Source: a virus. Taken from it: a DNA stretch of 38,437 bases. A program made the translations under genes and the position numbers. The stretch lies in IMG/VR virus record IMGVR_UViG_3300045988_139483, positions 1 to 38,437 of that record. One strand, 5' to 3'. The notes beneath the pieces were generated by a model, which saw only the letters and a program-made list of their open reading frames with translations, was not told the DNA's origin and made no database searches. Below, one piece after another: positions 37,141 to 38,437 of the stretch (positions are counted from its first letter, which is position 1; every line of letters begins with the position of its first letter).

Positions 37141-37365
37141 TTAATTATTATTTTCATCGTCTATTATTGTTAAAAGCTCATTAAAACTGCAATTTAAAGC
37201 TTTACAGAACCCTTCTAAGTATTTATAAGATATAGACTTTTTTCCACTCTTTATAGCTTTGTTTAAATTATAAAAGGATATATCCATTTTATCACAAAGC
37301 CATGATTTTGTTTTACCTTGTTCCTTTAATATTTTTTCGACATTTATAATAATCAACAGAATCAC
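37141..37365 (-). CDS. Small XRE-family regulator
   Basis: KTKSWLCDKMDISFYNLNKAIKSGKKSISYKYLEGFCKALNCSFNELL. Confidence 0.8.
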   Translation of the reverse strand: MILLIIINVEKILKEQGKTKSWLCDKMDISFYNLNKAIKSGKKSISYKYLEGFCKALNCSFNELLTIIDDENNN

Positions 37366-37412
37366 TCCTTTTTATGTAATCATTTTACAATAGCACACTT
37401 TCAGGAGGTAGC

Positions 37413-37443
37413 ACTTGCAAGTGAGGGCAAATAATGATATACT
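37413..37443 (+). promoter_or_regulatory. Promoter with perfect palindrome over the -35
   Basis: CACTTGCAAGTG; TTGCAA-N17-TATACT with extended TG. Confidence 0.7.
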
Positions 37444-37554
37444 GTAGAAAAATAGAATATAAATTTATTCATTTTTATAGTATTTAAATTGTTTAAAAGG
37501 AGGTTTATATGTTAAAAATTAGCTCTAAATAATTAATAAAGGGGGAAAACATTC

Positions 37555-38385
37555 ATGTATTGTATAAAATGTAAGAAAGAAATAAATGAAGAGGAAGCAA
37601 AAAAATATAATAGCTATTGTGAAAATTGTTATAAAAGTACTAAGAATACTAAATCAAAGAAAAATCTAATAATATTATTTATAATATTAGCTTTAATTAT
37701 ACTTATAATTGCATATCAGAACTTTGTAAAATCTGTAAGTCCTACTGTTATAAATTATAATGTTAATGTTGAAAAAGTAGGAATTACAACGCCAAATGAT
37801 GACGATATATTCTATAAATATTTGAACGACAGTTATAAGGGGTGTAAATTAATTTTTGTGAGTGTTAATTTTAAAAATAATACTCAAACTAATTATTCCG
37901 ACTTATCATATAAATTAGTAAGTTCAAATTCAAATACATATAGCAAAGTTCGTTCTTATGTGACAGATAAAGAAGAAATTCTTGATAATTATTATAAGAT
38001 TAATAATAAAATATTTGATGATTCGACTGATAATATATTAGGAGGAAAAAATAAAAGAGTTATTTTAGGTTTTATGGTTTCAGAATCGGAATTAACAAAT
38101 AACACAAGCTTTACATTAATAACTAAAAACTTTGGAATGAGTGAAAACGAAATAGAAAGTTTAAAATTTAATTCTAATGATATTAATAAATCGTCTTCTA
38201 TGTTAGAATTGTACAAAGATGATGAACTTGAAAAAGCTCAACAGACAATAAGTTTAGCATATTCAACAAGTACTAACGATTGGCTAGGCTGGACGATAAA
38301 ATTAGAACAAGCATACAATTATAAATATGAAGATTTATTTAACGTTGCTTTTGCTTCAATTAATGCATTTGCGGATTCAACATGA
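37555..38385 (+). CDS. Zinc-ribbon plus single-TM protein with extracellular DUF4352-like domain
   Basis: MYCIKCKKEINEEEAKKYNSYCENCYK; TM LIILFIILALIILIIAY. Confidence 0.7.
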   Translation: MYCIKCKKEINEEEAKKYNSYCENCYKSTKNTKSKKNLIILFIILALIILIIAYQNFVKSVSPTVINYNVNVEKVGITTPNDDDIFYKYLNDSYKGCKLIFVSVNFKNNTQTNYSDLSYKLVSSNSNTYSKVRSYVTDKEEILDNYYKINNKIFDDSTDNILGGKNKRVILGFMVSESELTNNTSFTLITKNFGMSENEIESLKFNSNDINKSSSMLELYKDDELEKAQQTISLAYSTSTNDWLGWTIKLEQAYNYKYEDLFNVAFASINAFADST

Positions 38386-38437
38386 TTATAATATTCCTTA
38401 GCTTTTTCAAGATCATCATGCATTAAAAAATTCTCGG

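Noticed and set aside
1-38437. CRISPR array or cas genes
   Set aside because: No regularly spaced identical repeats and no Cas-like proteins.
1-38437. Transposon or IS insertion
   Set aside because: No transposase-like ORF or terminal inverted repeats with target duplication; the only recombinase is the tyrosine integrase near the att fragment.

Overview
The window is an AT-rich (Bacillota/Clostridia-like) tailed-phage prophage running left to right. It holds recombination/replication genes, accessory small ORFs, terS/terL, portal, a MuF minor head protein, scaffold, capsid, connectors, tail, tape measure, tail tip/RBP, holin and amidase, and ends near 31.7 kb. There a 3' tRNA fragment (candidate att) abuts a second, satellite-like element with integrase (-), CI-like repressor (-), an excisionase-like HTH, a CHC2/TOPRIM-VapE-type primase-helicase, a Fic protein, an XRE regulator and a membrane protein. 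The most unusual observation is a decoding-level pattern. In a by-eye scan of all CGG triplets I found seven in-frame CGG codons, and none lies in an otherwise uninterrupted gene. At each one, skipping the C (+1) and reading the following GGN as Gly restores or plausibly extends a protein. Four are strongly supported: the RuvC-like AIDP(C)G motif, tail chaperone DTPL(C)GNIV, integrase H(C)GLRHT, and the replisome-organizer split. Two more are in a small Cys-rich protein, and one near-C-terminal case is weak. The pattern occurs in both the phage and the satellite, which suggests a host-wide property: unassigned or quadruplet-decoded CGGN, or a systematic sequencing artefact that must be excluded. 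Other items of interest: a class II Leu-like tRNA with an apparent ACC anticodon, a CTAG-dense non-coding region around a tRNA-Gln, a MuF-ADP-ribosyltransferase fusion, an Ltp/PASTA superinfection-exclusion candidate, a Spo0E-like mini-protein, promoters sharing a TTCGACA element, and a candidate satellite replication origin.
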